Source: Babesia bigemina (lineage: Eukaryota). From it: a stretch of 64,000 nucleotides of DNA. The notes beneath the pieces were generated by a model. The model was not told where the DNA came from. It was given only the letters and a program-made list of their open reading frames with translations, and did not search any database. Position 1 is the first letter of the stretch; every line of letters begins with the position of its first letter. Positions 48,939-59,494 of the stretch are shown one piece after another. Made by a program: the position numbers and the translations under genes. The stretch is from assembly GCF_000981445.1 (NCBI RefSeq), contig NC_027216.1, forward strand, positions 62,001 through 126,000, written 5' to 3'.

Positions 48939-50132
48939 ATGAGATCCATCACTGCTTCCGCCTTCAAGCTCTGCTGCACTGCAGCTCTTATTTTCAGCAA
49001 AAGCTACGAACATGGCAATGACCACGATGTTATTGAGGAGGGCCCCTCCCGCCTTCTTTTCGTTGGCCAGGCCGCTATCGGCTTGTACGTGAAGTACAGG
49101 CCTAACGGTCGCCGTGGTGAGGACTTCGACATCAGCTACACCAACGAGAGTGAGGAGGCTTTCTCCAGCATTGGAGAGAAGAAGGGTGTGGACGCCATTA
49201 ACCCCGACGGCCCCTCGGTCACCACTGCCCGTACGTACGCCAAGTTGGGTGGTGAGGCCGCGTACATTGGTATTCTTGGTGACGACGATTTGGCCACCAG
49301 GTTCGAGAAGGCCATTACTGCTGACGGTGTTGAGGACAAGACCATCCGCCGCGACGGTGAGACCACCACTGAGTTGCACTCCCTTGTGACTCCCGACGGT
49401 GAGCGCCAGACCTACAAGGTGTTCGGTGCCGGTGGCTCTATCTCTGAGGAAGATATCCATGTGTCCGTCATGAACAACTTCGACTACTACGTCGTCAGCA
49501 CCAACATGCTGCGCAGCCCCGGCAAGCTCGCTTTGACCACCAAGATGGTTGATGCCACCCTTAACAGCGGCAAGCAGATCATCACCCTGTTGCCCACCAG
49601 CGATTTCGAGGTGAGGTACAAGGATGCTCTGTTGAACATCGTCGACAAATCTGCGTACGTCTGCGGTACCAAGGAGGAGTTCGCCAGGCTGTACGGCATC
49701 AACAACATCAGCGGTCTGAAGCTGTACTTCTTGAAGGCCACCAGCGGTGATCACCCCATCCACAAGGCCGTTATCATGATGACTGAGGAATTCGGTACCT
49801 TCCTCTTCTACGGTGGCAGGTTCCAGTACATTCTGCCCAGCACTGTGCTCGCCGTCGACACCGCCGGTGCCGATGACGTCTTCGGTGGTGCTCTGTTGTA
49901 CGGTATCCTGAACGGCTACACTGTGCAGCAGGCTTCCAAGTTGGCCCACGCTGCCGTGAGCGACATTCTTACCCGCATTGGTATCACCTTCAGCGAGGAG
50001 CTTTCCACCAGGTTCGACGAGATCAAGCGCCTGCCCTCGAAGAAGCTTGAGGAGGAGATGCAGGAGAAGGCCTGGGAAGACATGACGAGGAGCATGGGCA
50101 CCCCTCAGTTGGACACTTACGAAAGCGAGTAA
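48939..50132 (+). CDS. PfkB/adenosine kinase-like paralog 1; signal peptide; degenerate catalytic motifs
   Basis: PfkB patterns LGGEAAYIGILGDDD and VDTAGADDVFGGALLYG; hydrophobic leader FKLCCTAALIFS; acidic C-terminal extension. Confidence 0.85.
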   Translation: MRSITASAFKLCCTAALIFSKSYEHGNDHDVIEEGPSRLLFVGQAAIGLYVKYRPNGRRGEDFDISYTNESEEAFSSIGEKKGVDAINPDGPSVTTARTYAKLGGEAAYIGILGDDDLATRFEKAITADGVEDKTIRRDGETTTELHSLVTPDGERQTYKVFGAGGSISEEDIHVSVMNNFDYYVVSTNMLRSPGKLALTTKMVDATLNSGKQIITLLPTSDFEVRYKDALLNIVDKSAYVCGTKEEFARLYGINNISGLKLYFLKATSGDHPIHKAVIMMTEEFGTFLFYGGRFQYILPSTVLAVDTAGADDVFGGALLYGILNGYTVQQASKLAHAAVSDILTRIGITFSEELSTRFDEIKRLPSKKLEEEMQEKAWEDMTRSMGTPQLDTYESE

Positions 50133-50411
50133 ACGGCGCGAGATGACTAAAAATAAACGTTGCGTCGAGTGTTAACGAGGCAATGTTAGGCAGCTCGAAT
50201 CCCTGTTGGAAGAGGGGGTGGCAGAATATAAGCCCCACCCATAATTAACGTACAGCGTGACGTAAAGATTATCCAATAACAGCAAGTTAAATGAAGTTAT
50301 TAACAAATTTAGCTGAGCGTTCTAGTCTCACGGCGCATCGCCACTTTGTTGCTTGTCGGTCATTTCTGGTGTTCAGCGTTGAAACTGTAGCTCGCTTGCT
50401 GAATTCTCCCC

Positions 50412-50693
50412 GGCAGCGTATTGTGCTGTCTGGGTCAGAAAATGCATTAGCGTTGCGTATGGTTGTACCTGCGTGTTGTCGGTTGACGGTGCGTCATGAT
50501 GTCTTCGTTCCGCTTTTGCTGGCTGCGCATCGTGCATTAACATGCCGTGCGCATTTGTTTTGCGCCGACCTTTTATATACCGGCAAAGTAGTATCGTTAT
50601 TCCACCCACAGTATACGTGTAAACTTCCTGCCATGTCATCTGGTGACAAACTGATTGTCCCAGGCTGACTATCGGTACCGGCACTCATCGCTT
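50412..50693. repeat. 282-bp direct repeat, copy 1 (copy 2 at 60883-61164)
   Basis: GGCAGCGTATTGTGCTG...GCACTCATCGCTT appears identical by eye at both positions; the ORF track shows the same peptides at both. Confidence 0.95.
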
Positions 50694-51009
50694 AGCTGAA
50701 TTATTTGGGTGGTTGGACCTCTGTATCATAGATTACGTTAATTCTATGCAGTGCATCACATGTAACTTATTAATTGACATGTTGCGGATTTTCAATAGTT
50801 GTTTGTAGCCGTGCTGCATTTCGACAAGTCGCCTACCATCACGTTTTGCTGGGTGGCTGCGGAGGCCTACGCGACAAAGTTTAGTTACCACAGTAACTCA
50901 TCGTTGATATCATTTACACACATTTGAAGATCTGTAGTATAATATACCTACCTACATCGCATTCATTCAATGCCGTTGGTTGACCGCGTTATGTTGCGTT
51001 TTTGCCAAT

Positions 51010-51896
51010 TTACAAATTCTCTTCACCCGCTTTCTCACTTGGTTGTATAATGCGATCGATGAGTCCGTATTGCTGGCTTTCTTCAGCAGACATAAAATTG
51101 TCCCTTTCGAGGTCTGCCGTTACTTTGTCTACAGGTTGTTTGGTTACACGGCTGCAAAAGTGTGATTTGTCTGTGAGCGTAGCGTCGTAGAAATAGTAGA
51201 TTGTAATATGTCATGCAATGTCTTATGCACATTGCGCAATGTATTTTGTGCACAACCATGACCGTCGTTCTACACTACCGCAATCTAGAATGTAAGTGTA
51301 CCTTACCTGTACAGGCTGTGGAGTAACTTTTTGACGTCCAGGAGGTGCTTTGCGTCGTTTTTCAACTGCTCGGCCGATCCTTGCAATGCGCCTGATGGCT
51401 GGTGCATAAGAACTCTGGAATGTGGCAACGCTGCGCGCATCCCCGGTGTCCCCGATCCCAACAGCAAGGATGCAGTGGCGCCACAGAATCCCACGTTGAT
51501 GGTCGCCACTTTTGATTTGATGTGTTTCACCGTGTCGAATAATGCGATGCCCGCGGTGATTGGCCCACCTTGGCTGTTAATATAGAGCGTGATGGGCTTT
51601 TCGTGCGTTTCGTTATCGAGGCACAGCAACGCACTGATCAGGATGTTCACGTATTCGTCATCAAGTTTTTGGCTGACGAAAAGTATGCGTTCCCTGTACA
51701 ACCGCGTATGTATGTCCTCCCAATCGGAACGCTGAGATCCGGGCGCTCTGTACTCTACCTTGGGTATCCCAATCGGCGCCATGTACAGTGTCCTAGCCGT
51801 ACTTCTGGGGGCTCCGAAATGACCTGACCTCCTTAAAGACGGGTTGCACTGACTCGTTCCGTGAATTAGAAATGCCGCTGCAAGTGTCTGCACCAT
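51010..51896 (-). CDS. ClpP-family subunit lacking the catalytic Ser (ClpR-like), probably apicoplast; exons 51896-51307 and 51151-51010; 5' end uncertain
   Basis: PIGIPKV, RLYRERILF, LYINSQGG, MHQPSG, ERDNFMSAEE..YGLID; the nucleophile region reads GFCGATASLL instead of GxAASMG. Confidence 0.85.
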
Positions 51897-53069
51897 TGTC
51901 AGTGGTTCGTATAAGTAGCGGTATATCCTCTATATTGTCTGGCATACGTATGCAACGGGTTTGATGTTGCCCGTGAATCACTAATGCATAAGCTAATTGT
52001 GACGCAAACACGAATACAGATTCGTAAGTTCATACATAAAATTCTACGATTGGACTCCATGCTGATATACATGATCGGATTGGTCAAATGCCTAGTGTCG
52101 CACGCCTGTTATTCACCTACCTGGCATCCTAAAGAGATTAGTATTGCGATATTCATCATGGATTAGAATGTTATCCTGAAAACTTCAATGTTGAAATACG
52201 TTCTACATCTCGTTGCGTATGTTTCAAGGGTGTATACTCGGTTCTTAATGTCCTCGGAGCTCATACGCTCTGCAGGCCGTCTCGGGCACTCAGGTTGCAA
52301 AAGATGAACAGATATCCGTAACCCAGAACGATCATCCAATAGACATTGTATGAAGTTGGCTTATGTCCACTGTTTGTAGTCTTCGTCGCAATACAGCGTG
52401 CGACCGCAATTCAAGCCTTCCACCGTCATCGCAAAATTGGCGCCGGCTGCAATCGTGCGGTGTCACGTATTGACTATGCTATTTTGTGAAAAACGCCTTT
52501 GATGACACCATAGCCATGTAATTGCTGCGGAATATTGAAAGGCGTTATATTCGGGCGTTGTCCGTGAAAATTCTAGTGACATGAAGGATGTAGGCCTGCT
52601 GCGAACGCTACCTTCTACGTATGTTATAATTATGGTTAATTCATAGTTCCCATTGAGCGTGTTTTTATCGTTTTTCTGGTGGAGAGTGTTGCGATTCTTA
52701 CGCGCCGGATTATCTAGACATGATTTTACACATCGACGGTATGCTTCTGTTTGATGACTTCGTGGATGCTACAACAGTGACAACACTAATCCTATAGCTG
52801 CAACAATAAAATTGGATAACCCATGTATGGGAATGCGACGTTGCACACTTTGACGCTGCCTACGATATCCCCATGATTCCACTTTTGACGCTTCGTTGTT
52901 TCGTCCCTCAGACTATACAACGTTGCAACTTGCATATGCAAGGCAATATCGCATAAAAATTTAATAATATTTGGTAACCATGTGGCATCAGTCGGAGTCA
53001 AGCTGAGGAAAGGCTTCAGTTTCTCGAGCCAAATCGGTCAGACAAAGATTCTCACTTCGTCATGATACA

Positions 53070-54137
53070 ATGGGAGACGCTGTTCTGGAGAATCGTTCCA
53101 ACAGCGTACTTTTTGTTGGTCACCCGCTGATTAACCTACTTGCCCGCGCCGACTATTCTGTGATTGAGCGGCTTGGAGTTGCGAAGGGGGAGTCCAACTT
53201 GGTAACGCGTGACACTTTTGACGAACTGGAGAAGTTAGTAAACGTTGAAAACATGAGCCCTGGTTGTTCTTCATCGAACAGTGCCATTGCGTATTCATAC
53301 TTGGGCGGCAAGACCTCTTACTACGGTTTGATGGGTGATGATGATGAGGCTACAGCTTTCGGCGACATGCTGGCGACTTACGGTGTTGATAACATTGCCA
53401 TTCGGGTTCCGGGTCAACGAACGAGTCAGGTGTACTGCCTTGTGACGCCAGATGCTGATCGTACAATGTATGTATTATTTGGCGCGTCGCACACGATGAA
53501 GCCGTCTGACCTTGACGAGAACATTATGGAAAGGTTCGACTACTACGCCGTGAACGGTTTCATGTTTGCTGACGAGGATCAAGTAGCGTTGACCAACAAG
53601 ATGGTTGAATCTGCTCTTAGCCGCGGTAAAGGTGTCATCACGCTCTTTGCCAACAGCTTCTGCATTCGCCGCAACGGCAAGTACTTGAAACCTATCGCCG
53701 ACGTTTCTGCTTATATTTCTGGAAATCTTGAGGAATATACGGAGTTATACGAAATATATAGCCGTGAAGAATTGTTCTCTATGTTTGAAGAGCGTACGTC
53801 AGGTTCAACGCCTCAACACAAAGCCGTTGTCATCACAATGGGTAGTGAAGGTGCTATGGTCATGTGCCAGGGTACGCGTGTGTATGTCCCTCCGTGCAAT
53901 GTGGAAGTCGTAGACACGACTGGTGCTGGTGACTTCTTTGCTGGTTCGTTCCTTTACGGTGTGTTGAACGGTTGGAACGTAAGGAAGGCTGGTCAGTTCG
54001 CAGTTGCAATGGTGAGTGATATAATATCACATATGGGTCTTACCATTAGTAAAGACACACGCGCTGTGATCGATGCCATAAAGAATGCTGACCCAGACGA
54101 AATCGATTGCAAAAATTGCAGACTTATAAGGTTGTGA
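53070..54137 (+). CDS. PfkB/adenosine kinase-like paralog 2; no signal peptide; intact GAGD
   Basis: VLFVGHPLIN, YGLMGDDD, VTPDADRTM, ITMGSEGA, VDTTGAGDFFAGSFLYG. Confidence 0.9.
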   Translation: MGDAVLENRSNSVLFVGHPLINLLARADYSVIERLGVAKGESNLVTRDTFDELEKLVNVENMSPGCSSSNSAIAYSYLGGKTSYYGLMGDDDEATAFGDMLATYGVDNIAIRVPGQRTSQVYCLVTPDADRTMYVLFGASHTMKPSDLDENIMERFDYYAVNGFMFADEDQVALTNKMVESALSRGKGVITLFANSFCIRRNGKYLKPIADVSAYISGNLEEYTELYEIYSREELFSMFEERTSGSTPQHKAVVITMGSEGAMVMCQGTRVYVPPCNVEVVDTTGAGDFFAGSFLYGVLNGWNVRKAGQFAVAMVSDIISHMGLTISKDTRAVIDAIKNADPDEIDCKNCRLIRL

Positions 54138-54977
54138 ACTCTTGTAGCCTTAGTGCGACTGCGTTATAAAAACTGCGTCGTCACATGAGACATTGATGTA
54201 AGCATCACATTAAAGGTTGAATTCACAGTGGTCGTACGTGTTGGTCGCTACGATCGCGTGGTTGAACATGCGTTAAAACCACATTAGAATGACTTATTGC
54301 TCTTTCGTGATTGTATGGGTCACTGATGGTATAGCTGCTGCGCCCCGTGCGTTGCAATGGCAGTAAGCGTGGCGTTCTGCGTGCTACATCGTATTATAGC
54401 CCTATGGCCGTAGAGCTGTGCAGTCTGACAGATTGACGGTCCACATTTAAAGCCACGTGGCGCCGCGATGCACTTGTTCAGCCTTCTAACTACTCAGCTG
54501 CTGTAAATGACCAACTCTATGAGCACTCATAGAGCGCGGAATGGTCGCCGTATCACATTGTCACATCTATTTTCCAAATCATAGCCGTTGCTGTTTCACG
54601 AGATAGACACTACGTGGCTGCATCTCATGGTCGCCGGCCAGCGTGTGTGGCGGCAGAGCATCGAACGGTGACGCTTGCGGCTGCGGGGCATAACCTGCGC
54701 CATACGCGCCGGTCAAAGATTAAATTTTGTTTGTAATATGCCCGTATTTGTTTCGTTAGTTAGATCACGGTGTCTGCGACGTTAATGCAGACCTTCGACC
54801 TTCCGAAACAACGGCAACTGTGATTCTTCGGTTATACTGGGCGTACGAAGCTCGTTCCGGCTGCTTTAGCATTGCCGTAAATTATGAATAATGATTCGGG
54901 CAATTACAGCAGGCGCTATCCGCCGCTTTTGTGGAATCTTTAGTCTGGGTCCCGGGGTTGGGTCATGCATGACGTGG
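54133..54977. repeat. Intergenic unit of about 845 bp repeated at 56295-57139; sub-block 54321-54764 repeated again at 58662-59105
   Basis: Near-identical sequence at offsets 2162 and 4341, with short divergent patches. Confidence 0.92.
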
Positions 54978-55153
54978 ATTCTGCATGGCGGTCCCATGAA
55001 CCCGGCATGTTGGAAATCCGCCGACGTTCGGTTATTCAACGCGGTTTCAGGGTAACTTGTGATCGACACATTTTGTCGGTTTAATACCGCGATTTCTGTG
55101 GTTACCTGTGTTGCCGTCATATATACCGGTAGATCATCTGACCGCACGTCACA

Positions 55154-56257
55154 ATGAACGGATCTTACCTTTTCGCTGCCGTTGCTTGCGTTTTCGCAGC
55201 ATTTGTGCAGTACGCGAAATGCATACCGGGCAGTGGTGATGAAAAGCTCATCGAAGGCCCCTCCCGTGTCCTCTTCGTCGGTCATCCGACGATGTCCATG
55301 CACGCTCCCGTCGTTCCCTCTGTGATTGAGAACCTCAACATTGCAAGCAGCGGAATCGAGAGCGTCTCTGCCGAAGATTTCCGCGCTATTCGCGACACTG
55401 TGGATGTTGAAGCTAACAACCCGGGTGATTCGTCTTCCAACCTCGCCAGGTGCTACGCTGCCCTCGGTGGCCAGGCCGCTTACTTCGGTATCTGTGGTGA
55501 TGACGATTTGGCCCAGCATTTCAGCGACGCCCTCCTTCACTACGGTGTTGATGACCTTACTGTCCGTGTCCCTGGTCTTTCCACTACCCAGATGTTCTCG
55601 CTCGTGACGCCAGATGCTGAAAACAAGACCTACGTACGTGTCGAAGCGTCGCACACTTTGAAGCCGGAAGATCTTAACGAATCCATCGTCGAGGACTTCG
55701 ACTACTACGCCGTGAACGGTTTTATGTTCGCTGACGAGGAGCAGGTTAAGTTCACTCACAAGATGGTTGACGCTGCTCTTAACCGCAACAAGGGTTTGAT
55801 TACGGTTTTGGGAAGCACTGAGTGTGTCAAGAAGTACGGTGAACTTTTGAAGCCAATTGCTGACAAATCTGATTTCCTTGCTGGTACCATTGAAGAAATA
55901 TCCGAGTTGTACCAGGTGCCTGACCGCAAAGAGCTTTTCAGGATGATGACTCAGAGGACCACTGGTATCTTCCCTCAGCACAGAGGTGTTATTCTTATGA
56001 TGGGCAGTAAGGGTTCCGTGATTTTCTACAAGGGAATGCACTACTACGTGCCAACTGAAGCCGTCGAATCCGTTGACAGGACTAGCGCAAATGACTTCTA
56101 CGCCGGCGCCGTGTTGTACGGCCTTCTCAATGGCTGGGATGTCAGGGCCGCAAGCCAGTTGGGTCTTACCGTGTACGGTGATATCATTACGCACATGGGC
56201 ACCTTGTTGACTCCTAGGGGTCATTCTAAGGTTCAGCTTGTCAAGGATGCTGCCTAA
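55154..56257 (+). CDS. PfkB/adenosine kinase-like paralog 3; signal peptide; degenerate anion-hole motif
   Basis: Leader MNGSYLFAAVACVFAAFVQYAKC; LGGQAAYFGICGDDD; VDRTSANDFYAG where DTxGAGD is expected. Confidence 0.88.
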   Translation: MNGSYLFAAVACVFAAFVQYAKCIPGSGDEKLIEGPSRVLFVGHPTMSMHAPVVPSVIENLNIASSGIESVSAEDFRAIRDTVDVEANNPGDSSSNLARCYAALGGQAAYFGICGDDDLAQHFSDALLHYGVDDLTVRVPGLSTTQMFSLVTPDAENKTYVRVEASHTLKPEDLNESIVEDFDYYAVNGFMFADEEQVKFTHKMVDAALNRNKGLITVLGSTECVKKYGELLKPIADKSDFLAGTIEEISELYQVPDRKELFRMMTQRTTGIFPQHRGVILMMGSKGSVIFYKGMHYYVPTEAVESVDRTSANDFYAGAVLYGLLNGWDVRAASQLGLTVYGDIITHMGTLLTPRGHSKVQLVKDAA

Positions 56258-57145
56258 GCGAATATCGAATGCAATAAATGCAGAGTTATAAGGATGTGAA
56301 CTCTTGTAGCCTTAGTGCGACTGCGTTATAAAAACTGCGTCGTCACATGAGACATTGATGTAAGCATCACATTAAAGGTTGAATTCACAGTGGTCGTACG
56401 TGTTGGTCGCTACGATCGCGTGGTTGAACATGCGTTAAAACCACATTAGAATGACTTATTGCTCTTTCGTGATTGTATGGGTCACTGATGGTATAGCTGC
56501 TGCGCCCCGTGCGTTGCAATGGCAGTAAGCATGGACTTCTGCGTGCTACATCGTATTGTCGCCCTATGGCCGTACAACTGTGCAATCTGACAGATTGACG
56601 GTTCGCAATTAGAGCCACGTGGCGCCGCGATGCACTTGTTCAGCCTTCTAACTACTCAGCTGCTGTAAGTTACCGACGCTATGAGCACTCATAGAGCGCG
56701 GAAAGGTCGCCGTATCACATTGTCACATCTATTTTCCAAATCATGGCCGTTGCTGTTTCACGAGATAGACACTACGTGGCTGCATCTCATGGTCGCCGGC
56801 CAGCGTGTGTGGCGGCAGAGCATCGAACGGTGACGCTTGCGGCTGCGGGGCATAACCTGCGCCATACGAGCCGGTCAATGACTACATATAGTACGTAATA
56901 TAGGCATATTTGCTGCGATAGTTAGATCACGGTGTCTGCGACGTTAATGCAGACCTTCGACCTTCCGAAACAACGGCAACTGTGATTCTTCGGTTATACT
57001 GGGCGTACGAAGCTCGTTCCGGCTGCTTTAGCATTGCCGTAAATTATGAATAATGATTCGGGCAATTACAGCAGGCGCTATCCGCCGCTTTTGTGGAATC
57101 TTTAGTCTGGGTCCCGGGGTTGGGTCATGCGTGACGTGGTGTCTT

Positions 57146-57360
57146 CGTGGTGGTCCGAGGGAGCCGGCATGTTGGCTGCTCGCGACCGCCTTGTCTATTC
57201 CGTAAGGATTCAGGCTACTCTGTGGTTTACACATTTTGACGGTTTGATACCGCCATTTTTGTAATCACCTGTGTTGCAGTTATACACTGGTAGACCGTTA
57301 GAGCTCACGTCACAATGAACGCCTCTTACATCTTCGCTGCCTTTGTTGGCATTTTCGCAT
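57146..57360. repeat. 215-bp duplicated 5' flank plus signal-peptide start shared by paralogs 4 and 5 (copy at 59326-59540)
   Basis: Identical by eye, including ATGAACGCCTCTTACATCTTCGCTGCCTTTGTTGGCATTTTCGCAT. Confidence 0.92.
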
Positions 57361-58421
57361 CTGTTGCGTATGGTAGTAAGTGCCAGTTGGGTTCTGGTGA
57401 CGAGGTGCTTGAGAAGGGCCCTTCCCGCCTTCTCATTGTCGGCAACCCTATCATAGACATGACGGCTTCTGTTGATTACTCCGTCGTTGAAGCCCTCAAT
57501 TTGATCAAGGGTGAATCCAAAGGACTTGTGACCCCAGACGACTTCAAGAGGCTTGGCGACTCTATCACCGTTCAGGCCCGCACTGCTGGTGGTTCGTCTG
57601 GCAACGTTGCTCGCGCCTACGGTTACCTCGGTGGTAAGGTTGCCTTCCTTGGTCGCTGTGGTCAGGATGAGTTCGCTGACCAATTCAGTCAGTCGCTTGC
57701 TGAGAACGGTGTTGAAGACCTTACCATTCGCATTCCTGAGAAATTCACCACCCAATTGTACTCTCTTGTTACGCCCGACGCTGAGCGCACCATGTACGTG
57801 TTGTCGGGAGCGTCCCGCACTTTGCAATCGTCTGATGTTGATGAGAGTTTGATGGACGAGTTCGACTACTACGTGGCGGACGCTTTTGTCTACTTCGGTG
57901 ATGAGCGTGTTGCTCTTACTAACAAGATGGTTGATGCTGCTCTTAGCCGCGGCAAGGGTGTCATCACTCTTTTCTCCAACATGACCTGCATTCGTCGCAG
58001 TGGTGATGCTTTGAAGGAGCTTGCTGACAAATCTACCTACATTTCTGGAAACCTCGAGGAATACTCTACCTTGTACGGTATTCCCAACCGTGAGGACTTG
58101 TTCCGTATGTTCGAAGACCGTACCTCAGGATCACACCCTCAGCACAAAGCCGTTATCATTACGATGGGCGGCATGGGAGCCATGGTCATCTACCAGGGCA
58201 AGCGCTACATCGTGCCTCCATGCAAGGTGGATGTCGTTGACACCAGCGGTGCTGGTGACTTCTTTGCTGGTTCGTTCCTTTACGGTGTGTTGAACGGTTG
58301 GAACGTGAGGAAGGCTGGTAAATTTGCTGTCGCCATGGTCGGCGATATCCTTTCTCACATGGGTATTAGCATCAGTGAGGGTACCCACACTAAGATCAAT
58401 GAGATCAAGGGCATTGCGTGA
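57315..58421 (+). CDS. PfkB/adenosine kinase-like paralog 4; signal peptide; intact motifs
   Basis: Leader MNASYIFAAFVGIFASVAYG; GNPIID, AGGSSGN, ERTM, VDTSGAGDFFAG. Confidence 0.92.
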   Translation: MNASYIFAAFVGIFASVAYGSKCQLGSGDEVLEKGPSRLLIVGNPIIDMTASVDYSVVEALNLIKGESKGLVTPDDFKRLGDSITVQARTAGGSSGNVARAYGYLGGKVAFLGRCGQDEFADQFSQSLAENGVEDLTIRIPEKFTTQLYSLVTPDAERTMYVLSGASRTLQSSDVDESLMDEFDYYVADAFVYFGDERVALTNKMVDAALSRGKGVITLFSNMTCIRRSGDALKELADKSTYISGNLEEYSTLYGIPNREDLFRMFEDRTSGSHPQHKAVIITMGGMGAMVIYQGKRYIVPPCKVDVVDTSGAGDFFAGSFLYGVLNGWNVRKAGKFAVAMVGDILSHMGISISEGTHTKINEIKGIA

Positions 58422-58436
58422 GGAAGCTATCTAGAT

Positions 58437-58704
58437 TAGAAGACAATTTCATGTGCTTTCGACGTTTCATTGGCTGTCTTCAACACACTCACCCACACAG
58501 CTGCTTTTGTTTGAAGATGACATGATTACTGCGCATCCCGAAGACATGCGATTGGTATGACCGACGAGACAGCCGACAAAAGGCGACAGCGTAATAGATG
58601 CGGGTCGGCACGCATATAACGCTGATGCAAATATGTGTGTAATAACGTAGATTAAAAAGGCCACTGATGGTATAGCTGCTGCGCCCCGTGCGCTGCAATG
58701 GCAG
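58437..58704. repeat. About 268-bp 3' flank shared by paralogs 4 and 5 (copy at 60620-60887)
   Basis: High but imperfect similarity at offset 2183. Confidence 0.88.
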
Positions 58705-59494
58705 TAAGCGTGGCGTTCTGCGTGCTACATCGTATTATAGCCCTATGGCCGTAGAGCTGTGCAGTCTGACAGATTGACGGTCCACATTTAAAGCCACGTG
58801 GCGCCGCGATGCACTTGTTCAGCCTTCTAACTACTCAGCTGCTGTAAATGACCAACTCTATGAGCACTCATAGAGCGCGGAATGGTCGCCGTATCACATT
58901 GTCACATCTATTTTCCAAATCATAGCCGTTGCTGTTTCACGAGATAGACACTACGTGGCTGCATCTCATGGTCGCCGGCCAGCGTGTGTGGCGGCAGAGC
59001 ATCGAACGGTGACGCTTGCGGCTGCGGGGCATAACCTGCGCCATACGCGCCGGTCAAAGATTAAATTTTGTTTGTAATATGCCCGTATTTGTTTCGTTAG
59101 TTAGACTACGGCGTCTGTGACGTTAACTATGACCTTCGGCATCCCTCACAAACGGCCACCGAGATTCTCCGCCTATACCTGGCGTGTGAAACCCGTTCCG
59201 GTTGCATTCAAGTTGCAATAATTTATGCAACATGGGATACGTCACAATACTCGGCGCCTTTAGCCGTTTTGGTAAGAATCCGCGTCCGGGTCCGCCCGGT
59301 TCTGCTATGCATGTCGTTGTGTCTACGTGGTGGTCCGAGGGAGCCGGCATGTTGGCTGCTCGCGACCGCCTTGTCTATTCCGTAAGGATTCAGGCTACTC
59401 TGTGGTTTACACATTTTGACGGTTTGATACCGCCATTTTTGTAATCACCTGTGTTGCAGTTATACACTGGTAGACCGTTAGAGCTCACGTCACA

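Noticed and set aside
51899..52087. Upstream hydrophobic ORF as the missing signal-peptide exon of ClpR
   Set aside because: The obvious GT-AG choices put it out of frame with the ClpR ORF; left unresolved without cDNA.
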